A DNA stretch of 55,618 bases, the filler included, from Platydemus manokwari (lineage: Eukaryota): assembly GCA_037951405.1 (NCBI GenBank). It is 5 parts of 5 records of this genome, joined end to end, with 100 filler letters (N's around TTAATTAATTAA, not from the genome) between each part and the next. Parts side by side here need not be neighbours in the genome. Positions count along the whole stretch, not along the records: positions 34,965 to 44,455 come from JBBMOY011241541.1; positions 44,556 to 55,618 come from JBBMOY010936641.1; 3 more parts are not named here. One strand, written 5' to 3'. The position numbers were made by a program, and so were the translations under genes. The notes beneath the pieces were generated by a model that was not told the origin of the DNA, ran no database searches, and saw only the letters and a list, made by a program, of their open reading frames with translations. Positions 37,251 to 50,051 of the stretch are shown here, one piece after another (position 1 is the stretch's first letter; the number at the start of each line of letters is the position of its first letter).

Positions 37251-38399
37251 TGTTTTTTGTTTTTTTTTTCATTAAAAAACTATTTTCGTAGAATTGGCTG
37301 AAAATATTTAACGATCCGAATTCCATATAATAATAATTAATTTCGATTATTTGAAAATTGTTTTAATGAATTAATCTCATTAAAACAAAGAATTAAGTTG
37401 AATTTAGATTTGAAAACTATTTTAAAAATTAAATTTTAATTAAATTAAAAATGAATGAAATTAAATTACATTAATCATATTAATTAATATCTTAATTATA
37501 AATTAAATAATAATTTTGATTATATATATAAACAGATATATAACTGACGCTATCAGAAGAGTGAAAAGTGTAAATCGACCGAATTAAACATCAGCTCAAA
37601 ATGAATAACAAAAGTTAATCGATAATTTATCTCTAATGTCAAATTAATGTGAAGCAAATGGAACACAATGAATTTCAAACACATTTATTAAAACAAAAAA
37701 TACAGATTTTAATTAAATGTAGTTATACTAAATTCTTAGATTAAACTACTGCTAGTTTTGACTACCAATCGTCTACCAGAAATATAAATATAAAAATGAA
37801 AGTAGGAAAATATGTGGATTGAATACAATTTTCGGCGATACTTTGGTGTGGGAAAACAGAGCTCCTGTGCTTCAAAATTTGAATCAAAAATCTGTTAATC
37901 GATTTTTCCACTGAAAAATTTTGTGCATAATTTGATTTTATAGCTTGTCTGGAAATTCTTTTTCCAATTTTTGTGCTTATTTTATTTTCAATGTTTTGTG
38001 ACTTGTACTGTATTCACGAATTTTCCATTTTTTCGGCTTTCGAAATGGCGGGAATTTTTCAAGCTTCAGATGAACTGACGAGTTCGCTATTATAGCTCAA
38101 ATATCTTTGTATTTATCTTTCTTGTTCTTTTATAAGCTCTGTAATTTTTCTCCAAATGTGACATCACATCTCATTATTGAAAACAGATCAATTTAATATT
38201 CTATGATGTCTCTGGTTTGTCTCCACTCATTGCTAATGGCAGATACGTCATCTCTTGCGATTGAACAAAGCCCAGTTATAGAATTATATATTATTGAATT
38301 TATATAATTTTATAATCGTAACAAATTAGTGCGCTTGGTGGGTGATTATTAACATTATTAATAATAATAAATATAAGTCATTATGATTCCTACTGTCTA

Positions 38400-38950
38400 G
38401 GTAACAATCAATTTTGAATGTCATCGTAGATATTAAAATATTTAAAATAAATAATCTTGAAGCCAAAAGCATTTGATTGAACTTATCACTATTTCGGCAT
38501 TTATCTATTTCTTTGAGAAATGTGAATTGCGATCGTCACATTCTATAATGAACTATGAAGCTTAATTGATATAACCGATTGTCAGATAATTTTTCGAGGA
38601 AGGAATAAGGCCAAAATATTAATAATTGCAAATCATAATTGACTTTAAAAAATACTTTAAGAGTTATCACTGATGGATCGATATTAAATAATAGCCCGTA
38701 CTGGTTCTCATTTAGTCATAAGATTTCGTATTGACTCCGATTCTCACTAATAGCCTTATAACCATTAATCAGGATATGCATCACTTTGAAATATAATTCA
38801 ACATGTCTAGCTAAATTAGTTCGACGACCCAAAGTTTATTACCGAAAAGCAAATAGAATTGATCTAAAAGTTCAGAAACTGCTACCGTCTAGTATAACAT
38901 TACACCGCATCTCGTATGACAACACTTAGAGACACTTTTTTGTGACTAAC
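38400..38950 (+). mobile_element. Retrotransposon integrase relic
   Basis: Motifs in the expected order: VIVDI (~38420), LRVITDGS (~38657), ATV*YNITPH (~38881). Confidence 0.4.
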
Positions 38951-41807
38951 TTGTTATTTTTAGTTGAAACTTTATCTTGGCCCTGGCACATGTGCACATT
39001 GACATGTATTGCTTATCAATGAAATTATTCAATATCGTTTACCAGACATTTTCTTTTGTTTTCATTAAAAATTCTTCGAAATTAATTTTGACGTGTTTTC
39101 GATTTACATTTATTTAAACATTATCGATTTTAATTAAGAATTTGTATTGATTCATTTGAGCACTTCTCTCACATTACAAGTCGACGTATGTTTTGTTGGC
39201 TGCTACTGTTTTAAAAACCACACATTAAAAACTAATCGAAAATTCAAGACACCAAAAATTTATTTAAGTACAAATATTTAAACAAATAATTTTAGTTTTA
39301 TATAAATATGATTTTATATCAAATTATAATTATGTTAGAATTAAAAATTTAATTAATTTAAAATATCTCACAATGTGTTTGTTACCATGTTAACAATTGT
39401 TAATATTTTTCTTATTGGTTGAAACGTTTTATTAATTAGTTTTCTGAGATTATAATTATTATTATAAAAATACCACCGATCGTTCCGGTTCTTAATGTAA
39501 ATTAAACAAAATCTATCATTTTAAAAATACAAATGATTGTGTTTTGTGAAAAATTATTGGAATATCGATCGATATTAATCATTATCATTTATAATTCCTC
39601 AACCATTCTGGTGAACACATACGTATTGAATTATTAATAGGTATATTCTCAAATCGTTTAGAGTCAATTTGTTGATAGGGAGATTTGAAAATTATATATT
39701 ACTAGGTAAGTTGAATAAGTTATGTTTAAATTGAATTAGTTGTCATAACAACGACCAAGGCTAATTATTAAATGGAATATTTTTAATTTTATTTATCCCT
39801 CTTGTTATCATATTTTCCATTAATTTATTCATATGAATCATTTCATCCAAAAATAGCCAAAAAACCAAATTTATTACAAATCGATAAATGTATTTTTTTG
39901 CGTTCGGATATATTTTGTTTGAATTTCACAAATTTTATGCTGAAATGTCTTGGATTCAAGTACAGTTTTACTACCATTGGTGTATGAAAACATTATTTTA
40001 CATTTTGTTTTAATGATACTGGAGACAGATATTGATTATAACAAATATTATATTAATTATGGTTTTTATATTATTCCGAGATGAGTTGATAATATTTATT
40101 ATTATTCCATTGTCATTATATTTTTGATTAAACAAATAGTTATTGATTTATTTACCAGTATTGATTTATAAAATGAAATCTTTCTCTTGATAAGTGGTCT
40201 GAGAATAAAATATATTGTTCTATAACATAATAAATCACAAATTATAAGTGGACAATATATATTTGAAGTTTAACCTCATCAGAAAGGAACATGAAATTGC
40301 GACCTAGAATGGGCTTTCAATGTTGGATGTCTGGTCAGGTAAAGACGATGAGCTGTGGATATTAGATGAAAGAGAGAAAGAAAAATGATTTCGAACCCAT
40401 AACTCAGTTTACATAGTTTGCATATTGTGGCTGGAACTGTTGGAACAACAGCTACATATAGTCTGAAGTCATAATTTATATATCTATTAGCCGATGATTT
40501 TGTTGTTGGATTGTAATGTTGATGCATAATGCGCACAGACTTCGACTTCTGAAAACTCGAACTCCAATTGAGAATTCGAATAGCAATAAGCCTCGGTATT
40601 ATCCATATTAATACAATGCATGCCATTATTTTTTCATTTCTGTAATATTTCGGTATTTTGAGAACATTAATAAAATTAGCATGATTTTGATGGGCAAAGT
40701 AGTACTGCACATTAAGTAATTCCTATTCTGTAGTGAGATGTGATCTGCACACGAATACCATTTCGAACCATTTTTTTAAATGGGAACTTTATTTTTTCGA
40801 TTTAGATGAAAGTTAAAGGAAATGCAAAGCTACTAGCAATGAATGTCTCTTTAAGTTCCAACCAAGATTCGAATTACTAGCACGAATAATATCCCCCTGC
40901 ATCCTTTTCCATTATCCAAATAAAATAAATATTTTTGATCATATACAAGCCATTTTAAATATTCAATGGCCAAGTGGAATCATGTTGAATCACAAAATTC
41001 ATTTTGATGGCACACAAGATAAACACAAGAACTAACCAATAGACATTCACTATCACCAAGGATTTCAATAAAAGTAACTGGAAAGCACAAATTGAAGAAT
41101 GAACAGACGAACATCAAATGTAAAATAAAGATAACCTATAGCATACAAACCTAGCACTATCGTTATCATATGACATTAGGAGAGGTTATGATTTTTTTAT
41201 CTTACCAGACAGGCCCTTAAGAGTACATTATATTAACCAGTAGTAGATTAATATTGTTTTATCACAGTATCGAAAATACATGAATATCCGAACCCATCAA
41301 CAATTATAGCAAATAGCAAAACCTTAAAACTTTAATGAAATAACGACAAGTCGATAAATTGAGCACAAAATTTTAATTATTAAACAAGCTAATAAATTGA
41401 GTGACAAGCTAGAAAGCTAATTGGATAAAAAATTAAAATAATGAAAACCTCTGAAAAAAATGTGTTTATTGAATGCAATACTATCAAATCATTAATTAAC
41501 GTGACTCATTTGACAGGAAAGAAAACACAAACATCTAATCACGATTTTCTGAATAAAGTTCATAAAAAGTTTTCTAGCATAAAATACTACAGATTACTGG
41601 GTTGTTTTAATTAATCGCCCTAACGACAGTTTTTCGAAAATTCAATTATAGAAAGGATTTCGATGAGATAATTGAAAAAGAAAGTCGAGATTACTGTCAT
41701 AAACCATATTAAATATTATTGAGTTAGTCTATGTTAAATCGATATTTCCATGATAGATGAATCAGACCATTATAATTGGCCAATTATAAATCTAAAATTA
41801 TCAATAG

Positions 41808-41990
41808 GTGATGCATTTTCTCTATGGATTTGGAGCTTTGATAACTCAACTAAGCATCGATCCATTCCTACAATATCTAACGACAAATTGCACCAGCGAA
41901 TCCGATGATAATGTTGAAGATGCTGAGAAATTCTATAATTATCAGACAAAGATTCTTTCCTATCCATTCTGGATTATTGGAAGTATTGAG
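41808..41990 (+). CDS. MFSD4A: Internal exon of an MFSD4-type major facilitator superfamily transporter (partial gene)
   Basis: 183-nt phase 0-0 exon (TCAATAG| ... GAG|GTAAAT) encoding VMHFLYGFGALITQLSIDPFL...SYPFWIIGSIE, resembling MFSD4A LHFFVGFGALLSPLIADPFL...SYAFWIMALI as I recall it. I could not find the other exons on this contig. Confidence 0.75.
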
Positions 41991-43494
41991 GTAAATGAAA
42001 ATTGAATAAAAATAATAAATTGTTTTCATTATATTTATTTAATTGCATCAATTTTGGTTTAATTGGAATGTTATAATTGGTCAATTATTCCTGTAATTAC
42101 ATAATTACTTGCTATATTATGAATTTAATACGATATTCCCCATATCGATTATTTATTTCAGAATTTATTTTAATAATAATTTAATAAATATTAGAATAAA
42201 ATTGATTTGAAAATATCTTTTAATTCATGGACTTAAATAAATTTAAAAGATAATTTTAAAAATGCATATTTTGTTTCATTAAATTATTATTCATATTGTT
42301 GTTTTAATTTCCATATTGTTAATGACTTAAAATTTGGTTTAAAACTTTAAATTAGCTTAAGTTAAGAAATAGGGTCCTTTAGCCTATTTTCGTTATAATG
42401 AATTTTTGCGCATGAGATAATTTCATAACTTAATTTTATATATAACTGCTATGTTTGATTTATTCATATAACTCAGTTAATATCTCATTTTTTAGGATGT
42501 CTAATAGTGACAAAACATAGTTTTAAAACTAAGCTCCCATTGTAATCACAACACCTCTATATGATTATTTGAGTTTTTAAATTAAAATGTTATAATTATA
42601 AATCGAGTTAGTTAATTACAGATATGTTTAATAATATCATTGGTTATTTTTATCAAATAAATGTAAAATTAGAGTATTTTACCCCATTTGCTTCTAATGT
42701 TAAGAAAGAGGTCCTCGATAATTTTCAATAAATTGCAATTCGACATACTTTTTCATTTTTTCAAATAATCAAATTTTAGGAGATTTTGAAACTGTAGTGT
42801 ATTTAATATTTGATTTCAAACAGCTGAAATTCTTGTTAAGTACTTAAATAAGAAATTCAAAATGTTTTTAAAAAAATATAATTAAATAAACTATATAGAA
42901 TTTTGCAATGCACTCAACAAATTTAAAATTTTATTTTAGAAACCTTTTTTTAAATTTAGCTTTTAAATTAATTATTCAATGTTTGATTTTTATTATTAAA
43001 TTAATTTTCGATAATATAATTATTAATTATATTTAAATATAAATATTACTTATTTAAAATTTGAATTATAATTAAATACAATATGTTTAAATTCGATAAG
43101 AATTGTGGGTATTTATTAATTGCGACATCAGCATATCGAATTATAAGCTGTTTCTACTTTACAAATATAATCACAGACTCACCATTTAACAAACACGTTC
43201 ATTAATGAACCCGAGCTCAAGGCCGGCTCACAAATATTTATCTTGTCATTATGTGTTTGCGCGCACCAGATTATATTGTACGTCGTTGAAACTAATAAAT
43301 CTATTAATTTAACTTTATTATTATTGAATTTAATTAATTAATTAATTAAGTTTAATCTTTAACTAATAATTTTGTAAAATAATATTTATTTTTATATTTA
43401 TATTAATAATAATATAATTATATATTATTGAATAATTATAATTTTAGTGATTATATTGAAAATTTATAGTGGTACAAAATCTCAAATGGCTGGG

Positions 43495-43515
43495 TATTAT
43501 TGTTATTATTATTAC

Positions 43516-43555
<40 letters not shown>

Positions 43556-43580
43556 GTTATTATTATTATTATTATTATTA
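43495..43580. repeat. (TAT)n microsatellite
   Basis: About 28 trinucleotide units with a few substitutions. Confidence 0.95.
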
Positions 43581-44378
43581 CATTAATAATAATAACAACA
43601 ATTGAAAAATAGTAATGATAACATTTATCACAATCGCCATGGTGATATTAATGATAATAATAACGGTAATAACATTAATAATAGATCATTTGTTCATCAT
43701 TAATTATTTCTAAGAATCATTTTATTGTATGCTAAAAGAAATGGTTTTAATCTCAGTTTTCAATAATTTGTAAAGATATCACAAAAAAATATTTTACATT
43801 TTTTGTAGTATTGATTTATAATTATTATGGAAACATTATAAATATAAATATTATTCATTGAATATGTTGATTAGGGACAACGGCTATTATGAAGATAATG
43901 CATCACATGATGATTTACTAGCTTTTATAAAACAAAAGCTAATCATTCCAATTTTCGATGGTGTTTTTAATATTTTCATCACAGTGCGTTGGGAATTTTA
44001 ATAGGAAATTTAGACGGACTTGTATTTTCGAAAATATTCACTCAAAACCAATGACCGAGAAAGATATTATATTGAGAAAAACATCAAAAATAAATCACAA
44101 GATAAGAAATAATAATAAAAAAAAAGACTCATCGATGATATTTCCTTTATTAGAGCCGTCTAGACTTTACAGAATAAAACTCAAGCTGATTATTTGAAGG
44201 CATTCCTTTTCAAGTTGGAAATAATGATAATTATTGCTTGATTTGAGAAGAAAACTTTGTCAATTATTTCTTGTTATCGATGTTGGGATTATTTTTTCAA
44301 ACCAACTATTGGGTTGTTTGAATTGCTTATGTTTCATGATGAAATTGAATTACTTTTGGATCGTCGGATTGGATTTTG

Positions 44379-44379
44379 A

Positions 44380-44454
<75 letters not shown>

Positions 44455-44455
44455 A
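44379..44455. repeat. (ATAA)n microsatellite at the contig end
   Basis: Perfect tetranucleotide run up to the linker. Confidence 0.97.
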
Positions 44456-44555
44456 NNNNNNNNNNNNNNNNNNNNNNNNNNNNNNNNNNNNNNNNNNNNT
44501 TAATTAATTAANNNNNNNNNNNNNNNNNNNNNNNNNNNNNNNNNNNNNNNNNNNN
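44456..44555. other. Synthetic contig linker
   Basis: 44 N + TTAATTAATTAA + 44 N. Confidence 0.98.
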
Positions 44556-47500
44556 ATCTCTCTTGTAATAATGATTTATAGTCTGCTGTCTCCATGTATT
44601 GTGTTACAGGTTCTTGATAATCTAAATCTATATGCACATTATTTCTTCCTAAATACATTAAATAAAATGGTGTTTCATTCGTCGCCCCATGTACTGCTTT
44701 TCGATATTTAAATAAAGATGGATTAATATACAGACCCCTGTCTAATTGAGTTTTCCCAGTATACGATGATAACATATTAAATAGAGTACCATCTGTCAAA
44801 TGGTGATTAGATTATGCATTTATTTTCAGGACCCTGAACAAATCAGTTTTGTTGATACCATTATCACTATAATTTCTTAGGGATTCCTAAACGAGAATCC
44901 ATATTTTCTTCAACTACATATGCCATTCTTTCCACTTTTACTTCTGAATTTGAAATATCTCTAGTCATTTAGTTAGCTAATAGCAAAATACTAATATATC
45001 TTTATTACTACTTGTTCATTACTGTCCTCTATTATCGCGGATGATACACGCTTGAGTATCCGTGGTGCTTTAGTTCGTGCTCCAATGTTTCATCTGGTTA
45101 TGCTTATTTTGCAATATCCACATCAAAATCTAATATCATGCTCAGTTGCAGTCTTATAATATATTGATTTCAGACTCCAAAATCTTTAACTCCAAGATAA
45201 ATGACTACCTAATACACAGTAATAATATTGCATAAGTAAGATATGTTTATGTTTTTCAGGTATTATCACGTTAAAATTTTACTAAGTTTTCGTGTATGAA
45301 ATATCTGTGTCATGTTATTTCTTTTGGACTTATGTTATGCGTTTTTTCCTATAGCATTTCAATTCATTTAATTTCAAAATTGTTTCCCTAATCCTAGTTA
45401 AACTTCTCCAAGCACAAAGCATATTTAACAGACATAACATTGTGAAAATTTTTTTCATAATTATTTCCGTCTTCATTACTCCTTGATATATATATACATG
45501 TTTTAAATATCGTATCTTTGAAGTTTCATGACCAATCTAATTAATTTGCTAGCGATATATCTATTTCAGATGATTATGTTTGGTATACAATTTTATTCTA
45601 TGTCCTGTTAAGTAATGTCGAAAGTGCGTTATAAAATTATGGTTAAAGCTCCTTTATCTGTAATGAATAATCTTTTTCATGCTTTTCCAAAGCCGTACTT
45701 GCATATACAGTCACATAATCCTTTTCACCCCTTTATCTCTAAACAGCATCAATAGTAAATCCACTTGCATCTGCATTAAAATACAGGATTTCTTCATTTC
45801 TAGATGTGGCAATATTGAATTAGTAATTAATTTTTGTTTTAATTATTTAAAAATTTCTTGCTGTTGTTTTTGAAATTGAAATAGTGCATTTTTTAGTAGT
45901 GTGGTAATAGGATGAGCAATATGTGAGAAATTTTTTATAAATTTTCAATGGTAATTAGCAAGTTCGTGGAAGAATCTGAATTCATCGACATCAGCTGAAA
46001 CAAGAAATTTTATCTATACGTGCGTAATATGGTTCAAAACTTTGACTGGAAATTATATGGTCAATGTACGTGACTTCTGAATTGGCTCATCAGCATTTCG
46101 AAACTTTGATTTTCAGATTTGCTCCTATCAATCTTTTAAATAGTTTTTCTAAATCAAATAAGTGTTCGTCAAAATCTTTAGAAAGAACTATATCATATGT
46201 GTATGCAATGGCATGTGAGACGTTCATAAGTTTGAAGTTCGTAGCTTTTTGAAATATTGTGAAGTCTCCTGCTAAACCAAGATGGAAATAAACCATCATT
46301 CTCAACAAACGCTATGGCCAATGTCCTAAATCAATAGTAAAAAATATTTTTTATTTTCCTATTTTATCAGCGAGATCTTATAATGTTATTATCAAACATT
46401 TATCGTTGAAGTTTCTCTTCCAATTGTGCAAATATGGCTATGTCTTTATTGGCGCATTGTTTAATTACATGTGATTTTCTATTAAAAAGCCCAGTACTTC
46501 ATTTCCAAGCTGTTATAATATACCAATTCCCATTACTACTATAATGTGTTGCATTATTTTCCTCGTAATTTCAATGTTTGCCATGGTTTCCTCGACCATT
46601 TGTAATTGTTTTTTACATTTTATTTTCAATTTTAAAATGTCGACTTATTCTTTAGCCTTTTTGATACATATGATCCTTTGTAATTAGTCTGATATACTAA
46701 TTTAACGTATTTTCCATTGTAACCTTTCTTTTGAAACACTTTAAATCATCTATCAAGGTAGACATCAAGACAAAATGAATTCTATTTATGGATTCTCCTT
46801 TGATTTCTTTTGTAGGAGTGCTAAATTAGAATCCTGTGATTTTACATTGTAAAGAAGTACTGATTCTTCTGTTTGACGAGTTACAAAATGGATAAATTTA
46901 CATTTGTGCACTCATTACGTCAAGTACACTATCTTATTTCGATGGGGTATTCTCATTACTACAGCTTTATCAATGATTTGTCCGGAATATCATTCTCATT
47001 TACACTTTCCATCAGCTTTTACAGTTCTTAAAATTGCTTTCGATTTTTTCATTATTTTACCTCTTTTTACAGATAGTTTAATTTCAGTGTCTTTTTTAAA
47101 AATTTTCTAGCTTGGAAGACGGCTTCACAAATTTCTGAATCCATTTATAATAGTCTCAGAATTGCTTTCATCATAATTAATATCGTGACTCCACTTGCCT
47201 GGATATCGTCTTCATGACGATGCATTCTTTTGCACGCACTTTAATGAAATTTGATTATTTATATACAATATAATGCTTTTCTGCATCTCTAGAAATTTTC
47301 ATCTTATTATGTTTTGATTTTGTTAAATACTTAGTTTTTAGTATTAATTAATTCAAATTCCTTAAATTTATAATTCTCTTCTTTTATGAAAGTCTTCTAA
47401 AGTCGAATTATTGTTAGAAATATCACCAGCTTGATGAAATGGTATACCATGCGCCATTCTTTTGCAAATTTACTTGATTTGAAGCTCTTTGTTCATATTA

Positions 47501-49198
47501 GAACTGGGAATCAATCCTGTTTGTTTTTACCAGAAATAGATCCTTAATTTAACAAATATTCTCAATTCTTTGAAATCTTTCTTCAAATCCTTTTTAGTTT
47601 TATACTTTCTTCATCTCAACTTATGATTTTATCAACCTAATTTAAAATGAATGTTAATATAAACCTTAATTTTTTTAACATTTCCCCACAAACGTGAAAA
47701 TACTTCTTATGGTACAATTAATGGGTAAACATTTTTCTAAATATGATCCTAACAAACTTACTAACTTAATCAAATCTCGAAACTTTGATATTATTTAATA
47801 AAATATCCAAAATTTTCATTATATCGCTGAAATGGTTCCTCTTTTAAAATTGCATTTACCTGAGTTATCATTTCGACAAAATTTTTCCCTCCTCTCATAC
47901 ATTGTTTTTCTATTTGTACAACTAAGTCACTTTCGAGTACAAAACTATCAATCATCAAGTTAAAACTGATTTAGAAACGTAAGCGGAAAGTCCCTTCTAA
48001 GATCTGTCTTCAAATATCTCGAACTCTCGAGAACAAATTTAACTTCAAATTTATCAAATCTTCAAATATTCAACAGAAATCTGAAAATCTCTTTATTTAC
48101 AGTTTTTCACAATCGAATCTAACCTTTCTGTTCTTGTTTTCATGAATCCTATATTAACTATACTAGTCCTCAAAATCAGTGATTACGTAACTGAACACGT
48201 GAATTTAAGTTTAAGGTTATCCACTAACTGTATTAAAGACTTTTATTTCTTCAATATTCTAATTTTTCAGTACTAAAGGCATCACAAATATTCTCAAAAC
48301 TCTTACCACTTCTTTTATCTTTTATTTTAGACAATTTGTTCAGTTCAGTCAATAAATTAGATTCGTTTCACACTATATTCTCTCAATCCAAAGTTCTAAT
48401 TTGGTTTTCATGATAAATATTTTTGACTCTAACTGTGCTTAATGTTCAGATTGTGTCAAATTGTCACTATATATTATTCCAATTGAAAATTTAACTTCTC
48501 TTAGAAGTAGATTATTAGAAATCACTCACATGAGTTAATCCACATGAAGTAATTCGTCATTAAGTTGACGAAATTCATTGTATATCCTGAGTATTGATCA
48601 ACTGTTAATTTATCATAACTAATGAAATCTGTTTGAGGAACCATTCTAATCTGTGCATGAACTTTTGGGTTCTGATAATCTGGTTCTTGGTTATCTAAAT
48701 TCATCTAATTAAAAATGCTCAAAATCGGAATGAGTTAATTAAAATTAAAAGAAAGTTATAACTTGCATATTTAAGATAATCTGGTTCTACTCAGCACTCA
48801 AAATAAAATAAACAAAGAACTTCCTCTTTACTTCTTCAACTGACAATAGGCTATTGTTGCAATGAAAATTTTAGTGTATTTTTGTGTTTTACATTTTAAT
48901 TTGATATTTTATTTGACCAATTCTAATTGGGTTTATCAATTTTCTATGATCGCGTTGGACAGTTATGTTCATTTTCAAATTGGTATCTTTAATTTTTCGT
49001 CTCTAATTGGCTTTGTAGGCATGTATGTGCGTCAAAAAAAGGATCCAAAGGTGATGGTCATATTTGGAAATTCCAGCGAGTAGCCGGCCTATCTAAGTTA
49101 TTTAGTGGTCGGTAATTTTCCATCATTTTTATATTCGTACATTAGTGGTAATTCCACATACATTCATTGTCACTTAAACTGTGAACCAGCCAGTTACA
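44556..49198 (-). mobile_element. Large decayed Gypsy (Metaviridae) LTR retrotransposon, cut at the contig start
   Basis: Minus-strand order RT (IFQ..AYTYDIVLSKDFDEHLFDLEKLFKRLIGANLKIKVSKC, 46090-46308), RNase H (~45570-45800, FRHYLTG), integrase (YRKAVHGATNETPFYLMYLGR, 44640-44710) is the Gypsy order. Candidate 5' LTR TG...CA at 48855-49198. Confidence 0.85.
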
Positions 49199-50051
49199 TA
49201 TCGAAGATGACTACTAATTTATATATACTACTAATTTGTATATTATCGAATTGTTAGTTATGTTAAATCAATCTATATTCTTAAATCAAGAAAACAATGA
49301 TAAAAATATGAACATTATCTATTTGGACTTTTAGATAATATTTGATTTAAATAACTGACATTAATTTCATTATTATTGGTCGAATTTCAATCTGTAAATA
49401 TAATACTCGGCTGTAAAATTCAAATTCTGATTGAAGTCAAGCTGTAAATACTAATTGACATTTAAGGTTAATTCGATAACATATTGTAGTTCTAAAAATT
49501 TTCAAATGCAATGACTTGCAGAATAAATTGATTTCATGATTCATTGATGACTCTTAATCCATTAACCTCCAGAAAATTATAAAGTTTCTGTTTATTCTTT
49601 ATATGTTCATTTAACTAGGAATTTTCATTTAACTAAAAAATCTTAAAATTATTTTTCTCGAATTATTGAAGACTTAACGTAGTCACAGAACATAAAAACC
49701 ACATTTATAATGCAAGACAATGTTAATAAGGAGTTCAATTAATGTTTCAAAACAAAATCTTAATATTTTGATTACTGAAACGTATATATCAATTACCGCA
49801 GGTATTGGACAAGTCCAAATACAAATGTGTACATAAGTACAGCGCACATATCGATTATTTCATTTATCGAATAAATTGTATCAGAATAATAAAATTTCAC
49901 AACAAACTAGACAAAATGTATTTAGAAATGTACTAAATGCGCATTTTTAAAACATAAACAAGTAATTTCAACAATTTCCAACGGATAAATTTGACAAAAT
50001 TTTAAATAATTTTTCATTACGATTATCAAATCAATAATTATCGGTAATAAT

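Noticed and set aside
37800-38300. Coding-like minus-strand block, possibly a transposase
   Set aside because: No diagnostic motif could be read, so it was left unassigned.
40279-40710. 143-aa minus-strand ORF
   Set aside because: Non-ATG start, no motif and no splice support; likely the antisense shadow of a decayed element.
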